Below are positions 29,544 through 39,026 of a stretch of DNA of 64,000 nt, one piece after another. The translations under genes and the position numbers were made by a program. The notes below the pieces were generated by a model, which was given only the letters and a program-made list of their open reading frames with translations, ran no database searches and had not been told where the DNA came from. This stretch comes from an uncultured delta proteobacterium (lineage in GTDB: Bacteria > Desulfobacterota > Desulfobaccia > Desulfobaccales > 0-14-0-80-60-11), in the NCBI GenBank assembly GCA_963812015.1, contig CAWETI010000003.1, positions 1,280,001-1,344,000 of the forward strand, written 5' to 3'. Positions within the stretch are counted from its first letter, which is position 1. Each line of letters starts with the position of its first letter.

Positions 29544-30038
29544 TTACATCGCCTTGGGCGGCGCCGCGGGTACTCCCGGCGGTTCGGGGCCGGCCGGAGG
29601 TGTGGGCTGCGGCTCCGCAGGAACTTGAGCCGGCGTTTCGTCTGGAGGGATTTCGATGATTTTGCCCTTGGGCGTGGTTACGGGCTCCCCCGGGGTGGTG
29701 GGCGAACCCACGGCGCCCCCGGCTTGCTTGGCGGTTTTGAAATAGGCCGGGTCGACTTTGTAAAACACCTCCGGCACTTTATTCACCGATTTCCAGGGGC
29801 CTTGGGGGGCACGGCCCCGGTAGAAGAAGTCGTTCCAGAAAAAATAGTAGTTGCCCCGGTAGCGAAAGACGTCGGTGGGGAGGTTGGGGGCCCAGAAGAC
29901 CGGGGAGGCCCCGGGGACCTGGGTCCACTGGGGTTTGACGCCCAGCGGCACCGGGTTGATGCGAATGTCCTGAGCCCCGGCCGCCGAAGGGACCGCCAGG
30001 AGTGCCACTACCGCCAAAATCTTGAGAAAACGCCGCAT
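29544..30038 (-). CDS. Exported hypothetical protein with aromatic-rich core and Pro-rich tail
   Basis: Signal peptide MRRFLKILAVVALLAVPSAAGA; DVFRYRGNYYFFW...GPW; SD GGGAG. Confidence 0.7.
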   Translation of the reverse strand: MRRFLKILAVVALLAVPSAAGAQDIRINPVPLGVKPQWTQVPGASPVFWAPNLPTDVFRYRGNYYFFWNDFFYRGRAPQGPWKSVNKVPEVFYKVDPAYFKTAKQAGGAVGSPTTPGEPVTTPKGKIIEIPPDETPAQVPAEPQPTPPAGPEPPGVPAAPPKAM

Positions 30039-30263
30039 CGACTGAATCTCCCCGGTTAGGTTGGCGAGCCAGGGCCGAGGGTGGACCCTGCTTGGGCTCG
30101 GGTGTCTCCGAATTATCATAACGCAGCAAGTTACCGACTATATATATGAACCGGCCGGCAAAAAACTAGCCTTGAAGGCTTTGCCGGGCGACGTAGGGTG
30201 AAGTATAACTCCACGGGCCGGGTCGCCACAAGTCAGGCAATCTCCCCGGGCTGGAGGTCAACT

Positions 30264-30578
30264 ATGCGTCTCGTAATCGCCATGGTCATGATCGCCGTGG
30301 TCGTGTTTTTCTCCGGTCAGCCAGCCAGTCCGGGTGATGTGACCGTGGTGCAGGGAGGGAAAAGCTATTCCGGCTGGACGAATAATTGGGGGGGAATCCT
30401 GATCCAGAACTCCAGGGGCAAAATCATCATGCGCGGTCGGGTCAACCGGATGGGCGGCATCGAAATTATCCCAGTGGACACCGGGGAATCGTTTGTAGGA
30501 CAGGTAAACCCCATGGGTTATGGCTTGCTTATTTCTCCCCAAACCGGCAACAGCATGCGGGTCGAAGTGGAACGCTGA
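30264..30578 (+). CDS. Small exported hypothetical protein with internal beta-repeats
   Basis: SD GGAGG, signal peptide, three imperfect repeats (GWTNNWG, GRVNRMG, GQVNPMG). Confidence 0.65.
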   Translation: MRLVIAMVMIAVVVFFSGQPASPGDVTVVQGGKSYSGWTNNWGGILIQNSRGKIIMRGRVNRMGGIEIIPVDTGESFVGQVNPMGYGLLISPQTGNSMRVEVER

Positions 30579-30648
30579 GCCGGGCGCCTGCAAACGCGCT
30601 TTGGCCCCCAAACGTTGCCCTGGACCCCGCGGACGCGGGGCCTTAACC

Positions 30649-31365
30649 TCAGGCGGGAATACTCTTCTGCCGGCCCACGGCCAGGTCGTGCAGGGGGATG
30701 AGGATGTCCGCCACCTCTTTGACTCGCCGGGCGCTCTCATAGGCGTCGATGACATTGATATGAACCCCCGAGGGGATGGGAGGTCCCGAGGCGGGGAAAT
30801 TCGCCTCGTTGCAGCAAAACCCGGTGATCACCGCCTTGCCGGCCCGGGTGTTGACCACCACGGACTGGCCTCCCACCGTGTGTCCGGGGGTGAAGAGCAC
30901 GCTGATGCCATCCACGATCTCCGCATCCCCGTCCACCTGCACCACTTCCACGTCATCCAGGAGGTCGGGGAAGTAGCGGTGGTCCACCGGATGCGGCTCT
31001 TTAAAAAACTCGTATTCCCGTTTCTGCACGTAGACCCGGGCGTTGGTGCACTTGTAATCGTTCTCGCAGTGGTCGTTGTGCAGGTGCGTGTGGATGATGA
31101 TGTCGATGTCTTCCGGTTTGAGGCCGAAGCTATCCAGGGCTTCTTCGAACTCCTGGATTTTTAGGCCGTATTGTTCCCCCACCCCAGGGGGCACCATGAA
31201 CTGCTCCAGGCCCGTGTCCACCAGGATCTTCTCCGGCCCCCCTTCCAGGTAAAACACGTAGATGGGGATCCAGATGCGCTTGCCGTAGCCTTTGAGATAC
31301 GTCATGACGCCCTGATCCGTTTCGTTGGCGCCGATTACCAGGGGGTGGATGATATATTCCTGCAT
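30649..31365 (-). CDS. Metallo-beta-lactamase fold hydrolase, N-acyl-homoserine lactonase family
   Basis: LVDTG, THLHNDH (HxHxDH), TPGHT.G.QS, P.HD. Confidence 0.88.
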   Translation of the reverse strand: MQEYIIHPLVIGANETDQGVMTYLKGYGKRIWIPIYVFYLEGGPEKILVDTGLEQFMVPPGVGEQYGLKIQEFEEALDSFGLKPEDIDIIIHTHLHNDHCENDYKCTNARVYVQKREYEFFKEPHPVDHRYFPDLLDDVEVVQVDGDAEIVDGISVLFTPGHTVGGQSVVVNTRAGKAVITGFCCNEANFPASGPPIPSGVHINVIDAYESARRVKEVADILIPLHDLAVGRQKSIPA

Positions 31366-31480
31366 GGTCCTCTCCTGAAGCGATTTTTTTGATGAAAGTA
31401 TTATAAGGCCAAAACGAAGAATTTTGAATTATCGCAGCCCGGTTTTCAGACGGTAATCTCTTTTTAAGCCGGATGCCCGA

Positions 31481-31753
31481 CTAACAGAGCCAGCAGCCCT
31501 GCTCCCGGACCTCCTCGTACCATTTCACCAGAAGCGGCCGCATGGCCTTTTTGTCCACCAGGAGGAGGCGGCGCACCCCGGCCATGTCAATGAACCCGCC
31601 GAAGTAGGCGAACTTCACCAGGCCTTCGAGATTTTCCGGGGAGAATTCCCGGGCCCGTTCCGGCACCCGCTCCCACATCTCTTCCGCCTGGATGATCTCC
31701 CGCACCTGATGAAAATGGCGCTCAAGCCTGGCGGCGCCTGCTTCCGGGGGCAC
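31481..31753 (-). CDS. Hypothetical protein ending in CWLC
   Basis: GTG start 3 nt after the protease stop; natural-looking composition. Confidence 0.6.
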   Translation of the reverse strand: MPPEAGAARLERHFHQVREIIQAEEMWERVPERAREFSPENLEGLVKFAYFGGFIDMAGVRRLLLVDKKAMRPLLVKWYEEVREQGCWLC

Positions 31754-31756
31754 GGC

Positions 31757-32545
31757 TCACTTCATCCAGGGAGCAATGATCTGCCGGGCGATGTTGATGG
31801 GGATCGCGAAACCGATCCCCTGGCCCTGGGCGGAGATCATGGAGTTGATGCCCACCACCTGGCCGTTGATGTCCAACAAGGGGCCGCCGCTGTTCCCGGG
31901 GTTGATGGAGGCGTCCGTCTGGATGAAGTCCCCGTAGGTCCCCTTGCCCAGGCCCCGGCGCCCGGTGGCGCTGATGATGCCCACGGTCATGGTTTTTTCC
32001 AGCCCGAAGGGGCTGCCGATGGCAATGGCCCATTGCCCCACCTTAATTTGGGTGGAATCCGCCAGTCTTGCAGCTCTCAGGCCCGTGACCGGCACCTGGA
32101 CCAGGGCGATGTCAAAGCGGGGGTTGGCCCCCACCAGCCGGCCGGTCACTTCCCGGCCGTCGCTCAGGTGCACCAGGAGCTGTTGGGACCCGGCCACCAC
32201 GTGGTTGTTGGTGAGGATGTAGCCCCGGTTGTCGATGATGACCCCGGAGCCCTGGCCCACCATGCGCCGCTGGACGGGCTGGCCGCCGAACTCCCGGAAC
32301 ATACCCTCAAACGGCGTGCCCCGGTAGAAATCCTCGGGAACGCCCATGGGCTGCACCGTCACCACCCGGATGGCCTTGAGGCTCACCACCGACGGCATCA
32401 CCATCTCGGCCACCCGGATGAAGTCATCTTGCAGCCCCAGCGCACTGGCCGCCAAAGCCGGGGGCGGGGACGCCGGGCAGGTTGCCAGCAGCAGGGCCGC
32501 GGCCAATGCCAGGGAAGTAAACCAATATCGCATAAGCAGACGCAT
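31757..32545 (-). CDS. HtrA/DegP-family trypsin-like serine protease without PDZ domain
   Basis: Signal peptide, GSGVII, TNNHVV, DIAL, AIGSPFGL, QTDASINPGNSGGPL; stops right after the protease domain. Confidence 0.9.
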   Translation of the reverse strand: MRLLMRYWFTSLALAAALLLATCPASPPPALAASALGLQDDFIRVAEMVMPSVVSLKAIRVVTVQPMGVPEDFYRGTPFEGMFREFGGQPVQRRMVGQGSGVIIDNRGYILTNNHVVAGSQQLLVHLSDGREVTGRLVGANPRFDIALVQVPVTGLRAARLADSTQIKVGQWAIAIGSPFGLEKTMTVGIISATGRRGLGKGTYGDFIQTDASINPGNSGGPLLDINGQVVGINSMISAQGQGIGFAIPINIARQIIAPWMK

Positions 32546-32600
32546 GTAAGTCCTCCTGTAGGGGCGCATCGTCCCCCATCTATCTGCCCCAATACCTTCG

Positions 32601-33005
32601 TTACATTAATAGCCGCGGCGGTTTCGGTTCGGGTGCAGGACGCGGCCCGATGACCTCAAGGACCTCCGCCGGGATCATTTTTTCGATCAGGGCCAAAAAC
32701 GGCAACCCCCGGGCGGTGTCCAACCCGGCGTCGGGATCGAAATGCCGCACCCCCCCATCGCCGCCGATGGCCAGGGCTACGGCGGGGGCCGTCGGCTCCG
32801 GCCGGGTCCAGAAGACCGAAAGATCGCAGGGGGCTCCAGGGGCGGAACCCGACCAGCCCACCAGGGTGTGGACTTCCCCATCGGGATATGCCAGGGCCAG
32901 GGACGGGCCCCGCCAGAAGGGAGAGAGGACCGCCAGGCGCTGCCGGGGCAGGCCCTGGGCCACGTTGCTTCCGGGTTTGACTTCATATTCCAGATATTGA
33001 TTCAT
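32601..33005 (-). CDS. Hypothetical protein
   Basis: ATG-started ORF colinear with its neighbours; no motif recognised. Confidence 0.55.
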   Translation of the reverse strand: MNQYLEYEVKPGSNVAQGLPRQRLAVLSPFWRGPSLALAYPDGEVHTLVGWSGSAPGAPCDLSVFWTRPEPTAPAVALAIGGDGGVRHFDPDAGLDTARGLPFLALIEKMIPAEVLEVIGPRPAPEPKPPRLLM

Positions 33006-33138
33006 GTGGGTCTAAAGCTGCTCAGGATCAAGATGGAAATTACGCTTGGAACTATTAATTTTATCAAAAATAATCATTTTAAACGAGGCTGCCGCTGGGG
33101 AAAAATCGTCCTAAGCGATTCGGGCGAAATCGTCGTCC

Positions 33139-34098
33139 TTAATCTCCCTCCCGGCAATCGATGAGGACCTTCAGCACCCCGGGGCGCTGGGCCCAGGCCA
33201 GGGCCTCCAGGCCTTGGGCCAGGGGGAAGGTGCGGTCGATGAGGGGCCGGGGGTCCACCAGCCCGTCCCGGAGCAGGCGCAGGGCGCCGGCAAAGGGCCC
33301 GCAGCGGCACCCCACCAGGCGCACCTCGGGGACCACCAACGTGGCAGGGTCCAGGGGATACCGGCCCACAAAGGTGCTCTTCATGACCACCGTGCCCTGG
33401 GGCCGGACCCGCGTGAAGGCCAACTCCAGCCCCGAGGGGCTGCCGCTGGCTTCCACCACGAGGTCATAGTCCCCCGGGGGAAGATCGGCTGAGAGGTATG
33501 TGGCGATCCCCCGGGGCCGGGCCAGGGCCAGGTGCTCCGGATGATGCCCTGCCAGATGGATTTCGGCCCCGCTCAAGGCCAGGACCCAGGCAATCTGCAT
33601 TCCCAAGGAACCGTCCCCCACCACCAGGACCCGGGCCGCGGCCGACACGGGGGCAACTTCCTGGACTCGCAGGGCCGCGGCCAGGGGTTCGGTGAAGACC
33701 GCCAGGATATCCGGGATCTCAGGCGGCATGGCGTGGAGGTTGGCCCCGGGCAGGGTGAGGTGCGAGGCAAAGGCGCCGTCGTGGTCCTTGAGGCCCAGGA
33801 CCCGCCGCTGCCGGCAATGCCGGGCCAGGCCCCGGCGGCAGAAGTCGCAGACCCCGCAGCCGAGATTGATCTCTCCCACCACCCGCTGCCCCAGCCAGGG
33901 GGAATCCTTAGGCGCGGCCACCTCGCCCACGAACTCGTGCCCCATGATCCCCTGAAAACCGTGGTAGCCCCGCAAAACCTGGAGATCGGTGCCGCAGATC
34001 CCGGCCAGATGCACCTTTACGAGAGCCTCGCCGGGACCGGGTTCGGGCCGGGGCACTTCCTTTATCGCCGGTTGTCCGTCAAAGTAGAGGGCAAGCAT
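33139..34098 (-). CDS. Zinc-dependent alcohol dehydrogenase-like (MDR) protein
   Basis: GICGTD, GHEFVG, CGVCDFC-x7-C, EPLAAA, GDGSLG. Confidence 0.9.
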   Translation of the reverse strand: MLALYFDGQPAIKEVPRPEPGPGEALVKVHLAGICGTDLQVLRGYHGFQGIMGHEFVGEVAAPKDSPWLGQRVVGEINLGCGVCDFCRRGLARHCRQRRVLGLKDHDGAFASHLTLPGANLHAMPPEIPDILAVFTEPLAAALRVQEVAPVSAAARVLVVGDGSLGMQIAWVLALSGAEIHLAGHHPEHLALARPRGIATYLSADLPPGDYDLVVEASGSPSGLELAFTRVRPQGTVVMKSTFVGRYPLDPATLVVPEVRLVGCRCGPFAGALRLLRDGLVDPRPLIDRTFPLAQGLEALAWAQRPGVLKVLIDCREGD

Positions 34099-34217
34099 AA
34101 GAGCAATCAGCTTTCAGCCAAAAACACGACTGATTAAAGTCATTCCCTGTTTTCCAAGGTCTACCAAAGTACAGTGGTTCATAAAAGCGCTAACGTATTG
34201 CCCCGCTCAATCTGCTA

Positions 34218-34327
34218 AAGCAGGAGCTTGGGACAGGATTGCGTCCCCAAACAGGAGCTTGGGAACGAGAAGTAAATTTCCCCCTCTCCACCCGCTGGCG
34301 GGGGGAGAGGATAGGGGTGAGGGGGGT
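34218..34327. repeat. Palindromic repeats (GCTTGGGAACGAG and CCCCTCTCC...GGAGAGG families)
   Basis: CAGGAGCTTGGGA twice, then CCCCTCTCCACCCGCTGGCGGGGGGAGAGG. Confidence 0.6.
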
Positions 34328-34383
34328 GATATCTAACGCAATCGCATTTATGAAAAACGGTGCTAAGGCCAAATTGCCAGGCC

Positions 34384-35520
34384 TCATGAGGCCGCCTCCT
34401 CCAACACCTCCAGGGTTTGGGCCACCGTGCTCTCCCAACTGAGGGCGGCCACTGCCCGGGTTGCGGCCTGGGCCACCACCGGGTCCCGGCCCCGGGTCAG
34501 GAAGGCCGCCAGGGCCTCCGTGAGACCGGCGATGTCGTCCGGATCCGGGATAATGGCGCCGTTATCCCCTGGGGTGATGAATTCCGCCGCGCCATTGGCC
34601 GCGGTGGTGATCGTAGGCGTCCCACAGCCCAGGGCTTCCAACACCACGTTGCTGCACGGGTCATAGATAGTGGGCAGGACCAGCACGGTGGCGGCCTGAT
34701 AGAACGGCGCGGTTTCGGCCACCGGTCCCCAGAATTTGACCCGGTCAGCCACCCCCAGGCCTTCCGCCGCCCGCTGGTATGACGCGATGTTGCCTTTGCC
34801 CACCACCCACAGATGAGCGCCTTTATCGGTTAGACTGCTGAAGGCCTGCAAAAGATAAGTCAAACCTTTGCGTTGAAAGCCCGATCCCACAAATAATACT
34901 ATTTCGCCAGCCTCCGGCGCCCCCAGGTCGCGGCGCAGAGCCGCCCGGGGCCCGGGCTCCAGGGGGAAAAAGCGCTTTCGATCCAGGCCGTTCACAATCA
35001 CCCGGACCCGGGCGGGGTCCACCCCATAGTGCCGGATAACTTCGTCCCGGACCTGGCGGGAGTTGGCGATCACCCGGCGCAGTCCCGGGTCGGTGAAGAG
35101 CCGCCTTTCCATGAGGAGCATCACCCGGTGAAAGGGGCTGAGGCGCTGGCCGGCCCGGGCCAGGGGGGAAAGATAAGGGGCGCGGCGCGCCAGCCACTCA
35201 CGGTGGCAGCCGTCCCCGGCGCGGTAGACCTGGGGGGCCGGCCCCCGCTCCAGGCTGAAAACCACCTGGGGTCCGGTCTGCTTGAGAAGGCGGCGACTAT
35301 GCATGGCGAAGGAGAGGAGACGGAGGGTCTTGCCGCCCCAAACGGGGACCCGGACGTAGGCCACCCCCGGCCCCAGCGCGGCCTGGGCCTCGGGTTCCCT
35401 GTCGGCGCCGTACACCGTCACTTCGTGCCCGGCCGCGGCCAGACCCCGAACCAGGTAACTCAGAGTGGTCTCGGCCCCGCCGAGGGCCGTGACCCGCTGT
35501 CGTAGGAGTGCGATTTTCAT
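34384..35520 (-). CDS. GT4 LPS core glycosyltransferase (WaaG/RfaG-like)
   Basis: GGAE, YRAGDGCH..WL, FVGSGF.RKG, PTIYDPCSNVVLEA; end of the LPS cluster. Confidence 0.85.
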   Translation of the reverse strand: MKIALLRQRVTALGGAETTLSYLVRGLAAAGHEVTVYGADREPEAQAALGPGVAYVRVPVWGGKTLRLLSFAMHSRRLLKQTGPQVVFSLERGPAPQVYRAGDGCHREWLARRAPYLSPLARAGQRLSPFHRVMLLMERRLFTDPGLRRVIANSRQVRDEVIRHYGVDPARVRVIVNGLDRKRFFPLEPGPRAALRRDLGAPEAGEIVLFVGSGFQRKGLTYLLQAFSSLTDKGAHLWVVGKGNIASYQRAAEGLGVADRVKFWGPVAETAPFYQAATVLVLPTIYDPCSNVVLEALGCGTPTITTAANGAAEFITPGDNGAIIPDPDDIAGLTEALAAFLTRGRDPVVAQAATRAVAALSWESTVAQTLEVLEEAAS

Positions 35521-35531
35521 GGATTATCTAG

Positions 35532-35672
35532 TGGTGGCACAGGCGTCTCGCCTGTGCCGGCGCAGGCTACAGCCTGCGGCTACAGCCTCTATTGATAAGG
35601 GGTTGGGGATGGGGGCTCGGGGGAAGGGGTAGGGGCGCTTACGAAAAAGCCCCTGGTCCCTTTCCCCAAAAT
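35532..35672. repeat. Tandem palindromic repeats (GGCACAGGC...GCCTGTGCC, CGCAGGCT..AGCCTGCG, family A)
   Basis: Visible hairpins in the intergenic space. Confidence 0.65.
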
Positions 35673-35688
35673 CCTTTATCACCCTCCC

Positions 35689-36183
35689 CTAAACCCCGCC
35701 CTTGAGTTCGGCGATCGCGGCCTGCTCGAAGGCGACGGCCTTGTCCGACCGGGGCACCGAGGCCGGGCCCTGGATCACCCGTTGGGCCGAGGAGGTGTCT
35801 TGTTTGACTTTGGTAACCTGCATCTCCCAGATGGCCATGGCGTCGCTCATGGCCATGGGCTCTTTGACCAGACGCATAAGGCCCTGGATGCCCATGACTA
35901 GGTCGTCGGCCGCGATGATTTGCAGGGAGACCCGACCGTCCCGGCGCAGATTGGCGGAAGTGGAGGAGTTCCGGAGTAGGGCCACCCGCAGAGTTTTCTC
36001 ATCCTGGGCGTAGATGAGGGAAACGGGGCAGGTGTTGGGGGCGCCGTCGTCTCCCACGGTCCCGGCCACCACGATGATCCGGTTGGGGTTCTGGTTGAAT
36101 AAAGCCATCAGGTCAATGATCTGCTCTTCCCCGGGCTTGCGGGCCACGTTGACCTTCAGTCCATCTCCCACTACTCTGGCCAT
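35689..36183 (-). CDS. Pyridoxamine 5'-phosphate oxidase-like FMN-binding protein
   Basis: GTV.DDGAPN.CPVS, S.T.ANLRRDGRVSL. Confidence 0.8.
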   Translation of the reverse strand: MARVVGDGLKVNVARKPGEEQIIDLMALFNQNPNRIIVVAGTVGDDGAPNTCPVSLIYAQDEKTLRVALLRNSSTSANLRRDGRVSLQIIAADDLVMGIQGLMRLVKEPMAMSDAMAIWEMQVTKVKQDTSSAQRVIQGPASVPRSDKAVAFEQAAIAELKGGV

Positions 36184-36262
36184 GGTTCCCCCTTATAGTC
36201 GTAATTTTTTATATCTATTAGGTCTTAATTCCTAATAATAGACCCGATAAGTCTATTCTTTG

Positions 36263-36301
36263 GCCTGTGCAGGCGGGGCCCTTGGTCCCGCCTGCACAGG
36301 C
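36263..36301. terminator. Long hairpin overlapping the region just downstream of waaQ
   Basis: GCCTGTGCAGGCGGG-GCCCTTGGT-CCCGCCTGCACAGGC, a 15-bp perfect inverted repeat; no U-tract. Confidence 0.45.
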
Positions 36302-36305
36302 CATC

Positions 36306-37415
36306 TTACACGGGTTGGGAGGGGGGTGTGGGGGGAGGGCAGGGAGCTGGCTCCCTGGTCTTCCCCCCGCTAACCCATTCTTGCATGCGGGCCAAGACTT
36401 CCGCCGGGGTCAGTTCCCCCAGGCAGCGGCTGATCTTGGACCCCTGGCAGCCGTCCCGGCCGCAGGGCAGGCAATCCCAGTCCTTTTTGATCACCAGGTG
36501 GCCCTCGCCCCAGGGGCCCCAGTTGAACACCCCGCTGGGGCCGAAGAGCCCCACCGCCGGGGTGTTCACCGCCGCGGCCAGGTGCATGGGGGCGCTGTCC
36601 ATGCCGAAGAAGAGGCGGGCTTTACTGATGAGGGCCCCCAGCTCCTTCAGGCTCAGGCGGCCCGCCAGGTCGATGGGCGCGGCCCGGCACTCCTGATGCA
36701 CCGCGGCCAAGAGCTCCTGTTCATGGGGGGACCGGGTCCCGGTGAGGACCGTGGTCAGGCCCCACTCCTCTTGGAAAAACTCGATCACCCGGGCATATCC
36801 CGGGGGAGTCCAGCATTTGAAGCTCCAGCCGGCCCCGGGATGCATCACCGCAAAGGGCTTCTCGGCCAGTCCCAGGGATGCCAGCAGGTTTCGTATTTTC
36901 TGTTCCACCTGGTCATCCCAAAAAAACTGTAACCGGGGCTTTACGGGTTCGATCCCCAAGGACCGCACGGCCGCCAAATTCTGGTCCACCATGTGCATTT
37001 TCACCGGCGGGCGGGGCAGGAGCCGGGTGAAACAGCCGTGGCGCTGCCAGAAAGGCTGCCGGGGGTGAGCGAAGCCGAGTCGTTCCCGGGCCCCGGAGAG
37101 CCACGAGTAAATGGCGCCCCGGTCGCCCCCGGACAGTTCCAGTACCAGGTCGAAGCGTTGCCGCCTGAGGTCTCGGATGAACCTGAGGGCCTGCCCCCAG
37201 GTCTCGTTCCGCCGGTCCGCCACCATGAGGCCGTCCAGCCCCGGGTGGCCGGAGACCATATCCTCGGTGCCCTTAGGGACCAGGTAGGTCACGCGGCTCT
37301 CGGGCCAGGCCTCTTTCAAAGCGCCGATCACCGGGGTGCTCACCAAAACGTCCCCCGGTTGCTTGAGCTTGATCACCAGGATGCGGTTATAACTCGGGGT
37401 CGGCATCGCGGGCAT
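36306..37415 (-). CDS. waaQ: LPS heptosyltransferase III (GT9)
   Basis: RILVIKLKQPGDVL, GGDRGA, HPGAGW.FKCW, DSAPMHLAAA, LFGPS...WGPW. Confidence 0.82.
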   Translation of the reverse strand: MPAMPTPSYNRILVIKLKQPGDVLVSTPVIGALKEAWPESRVTYLVPKGTEDMVSGHPGLDGLMVADRRNETWGQALRFIRDLRRQRFDLVLELSGGDRGAIYSWLSGARERLGFAHPRQPFWQRHGCFTRLLPRPPVKMHMVDQNLAAVRSLGIEPVKPRLQFFWDDQVEQKIRNLLASLGLAEKPFAVMHPGAGWSFKCWTPPGYARVIEFFQEEWGLTTVLTGTRSPHEQELLAAVHQECRAAPIDLAGRLSLKELGALISKARLFFGMDSAPMHLAAAVNTPAVGLFGPSGVFNWGPWGEGHLVIKKDWDCLPCGRDGCQGSKISRCLGELTPAEVLARMQEWVSGGKTREPAPCPPPTPPSQPV

Positions 37416-38190
37416 CTTTGGGGCCCATGGCCACGCCCCGTTTGGCGGCCCGGATGAATTCCAGCAGGTGGGCCACTTCCGGGGTCAGGGGCACCTCCTG
37501 CTCCACCTGTGTCAGCCTTGCCTTGAGATTGCCCCGGCGGGAGAACAGGAGGCGGAAGGCCTGGCGCAGGGCGGCAATGTTTTGGGAAGCCACCCCGGCC
37601 CGCTTCAACCCCACGATATTGACCCCCTTGACGGTGTGGGTGTCGTCAATGATGGAGAAGGGCGGAATATCCCGGGAGGCCCGGGAGCCGCCCCGCATGA
37701 TGGCCAGGGTGCCCACCCGGATGAACTGGTGCAGGAGACAGTTGGCCGAAATAAAGGCCCGGTCCGCCACCTCGACGTAGCCTCCCACCAAGGCGCCGTT
37801 GACCACCACCACGCGATTGCCCAGGGAGGAGTTGTGGGCCATATGGCTCAAGGCCATGAGAAAATTGTGGTTGCCCACCCGGGTGGCGCTGCCGGGCTTG
37901 GTGCCCCGGTGAATGGTGACGTACTCCCGGATAAGGTTGTGGTCGCCGATGAGGGTGTAGCTCTCTTCCCCCGTAAAGGCGTAATCCTGGGGGTCGTAGC
38001 CCACGATGGCCCCGAAGCCGATGAGGTTGTGCTCGCCGATGGTGGTGTAGGGGCCAATATAGGCGTGGGCCAGGATGCGGGTGCCGGCGCCGATTTGGCT
38101 GGGGCCGTCAATGATCACCCCCGGCCCGACTTCAACATCCGGCGCCAGTTCCACCCCCGGGGCGATCTTGGCGCTGGGGTCAATGGCCAT
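37387..38190 (-). CDS. lpxA: Acyl-ACP:UDP-GlcNAc O-acyltransferase, divergent
   Basis: Hexapeptide repeats, PQD, IRE.VTIHRGT, HMAHN, HQF.RVG, N.VGLKR. Confidence 0.85.
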   Translation of the reverse strand: MAIDPSAKIAPGVELAPDVEVGPGVIIDGPSQIGAGTRILAHAYIGPYTTIGEHNLIGFGAIVGYDPQDYAFTGEESYTLIGDHNLIREYVTIHRGTKPGSATRVGNHNFLMALSHMAHNSSLGNRVVVVNGALVGGYVEVADRAFISANCLLHQFIRVGTLAIMRGGSRASRDIPPFSIIDDTHTVKGVNIVGLKRAGVASQNIAALRQAFRLLFSRRGNLKARLTQVEQEVPLTPEVAHLLEFIRAAKRGVAMGPKDARDADPEL

Positions 38191-38944
38191 TGAGGTTCCT
38201 CCCCCGGGCAAGTTCCCGGAGATAGTAATATTTCAGAAACTTGTACATGCTCATGAGCACCGCCAGGGTATAGCCCGGCGTGCCTTCCAGAAACCCCAGG
38301 CGGATAAAATAAAGATGGAAAAAGGAGAAAAAGGGCCTGACGAATAATTCTCCCGGATAGGGGCGCCGCCCGGCTTTGGCAAGTTCCTGGGCCGCCAGGC
38401 GGGCGTAGCGGTCCATACGGGTGACGTATTCGCTGACGCTCCGGTAGCTGTAATGCTCGAGGGGGGTCGTCAAAGTCCCCACAGGCCCGGCCACCACCAC
38501 CTCTTCGTGGACCTCCCGGTCCCGGAAACGGCCCTGGCCCCGGCGGAAAAGGCGCAGGGTGTAATCGGGGTACCAGCCCAAATGTCTTATCCACCGGCCG
38601 CAAAAGTAGTTCTTCCGGGGCACCCGGTAGCCGTCCAGAGGGCTGTCGGCCCGGACTACCGCCAGGATTTCTTCCCGCAGGGCCGGCGGCACCCGCTCGT
38701 CCGTATCCAGACTGAAGACCCAGTCGCCCCAGGCCTGGTCCAGGGCAAAGTTCTTGGTGCGGCCAAAGCCCTCCCAAGGGGCATCAATCACCCGGTCGGT
38801 ATAGGCCCGGGTCAGCTCCACGGTGCGGTCGGTGCTGCCGGTGTCCACCACCACGATGTCGTCGGCGAAGCTGACGGATTCCAGGCAGGGGCCGATGTTG
38901 GCCTCCTGGTTCAGGGCGATGATGATGACGGAGAGTTGGGGCAT
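38180..38944 (-). CDS. GT2 LPS core glycosyltransferase (KdtX/WaaE-like)
   Basis: LSVIIIALN, DTGSTDRT, W.GFG..KNFA, LDTDER, GWYPD..LRLF, VHE. Confidence 0.88.
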   Translation of the reverse strand: MPQLSVIIIALNQEANIGPCLESVSFADDIVVVDTGSTDRTVELTRAYTDRVIDAPWEGFGRTKNFALDQAWGDWVFSLDTDERVPPALREEILAVVRADSPLDGYRVPRKNYFCGRWIRHLGWYPDYTLRLFRRGQGRFRDREVHEEVVVAGPVGTLTTPLEHYSYRSVSEYVTRMDRYARLAAQELAKAGRRPYPGELFVRPFFSFFHLYFIRLGFLEGTPGYTLAVLMSMYKFLKYYYLRELARGRNLNGH

Positions 38945-38951
38945 GGTTTAG

Positions 38952-39026
38952 TAGTCAGTTGCCAGCAATCAGTGGTCAGTTGTCAGTTGGTGCATTTTCT
39001 GGAAACTGGCAACTGACCACTGACTA
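38952..39026. repeat. Heptamer (GTCAGTT/GTCAGTG-type) tandem repeats arranged as an inverted pair
   Basis: TAGTCAGTTGCCAG...CAGTGGTCAGTTGTCAGTT versus AACTGGCAACTGACCACTGACTA. Confidence 0.65.

Noticed and set aside
38952..39026. CRISPR-like array
   Set aside because: The units are 7-nt tandem repeats without unique spacers; no cas genes or repeat-spacer arrays were seen in the window
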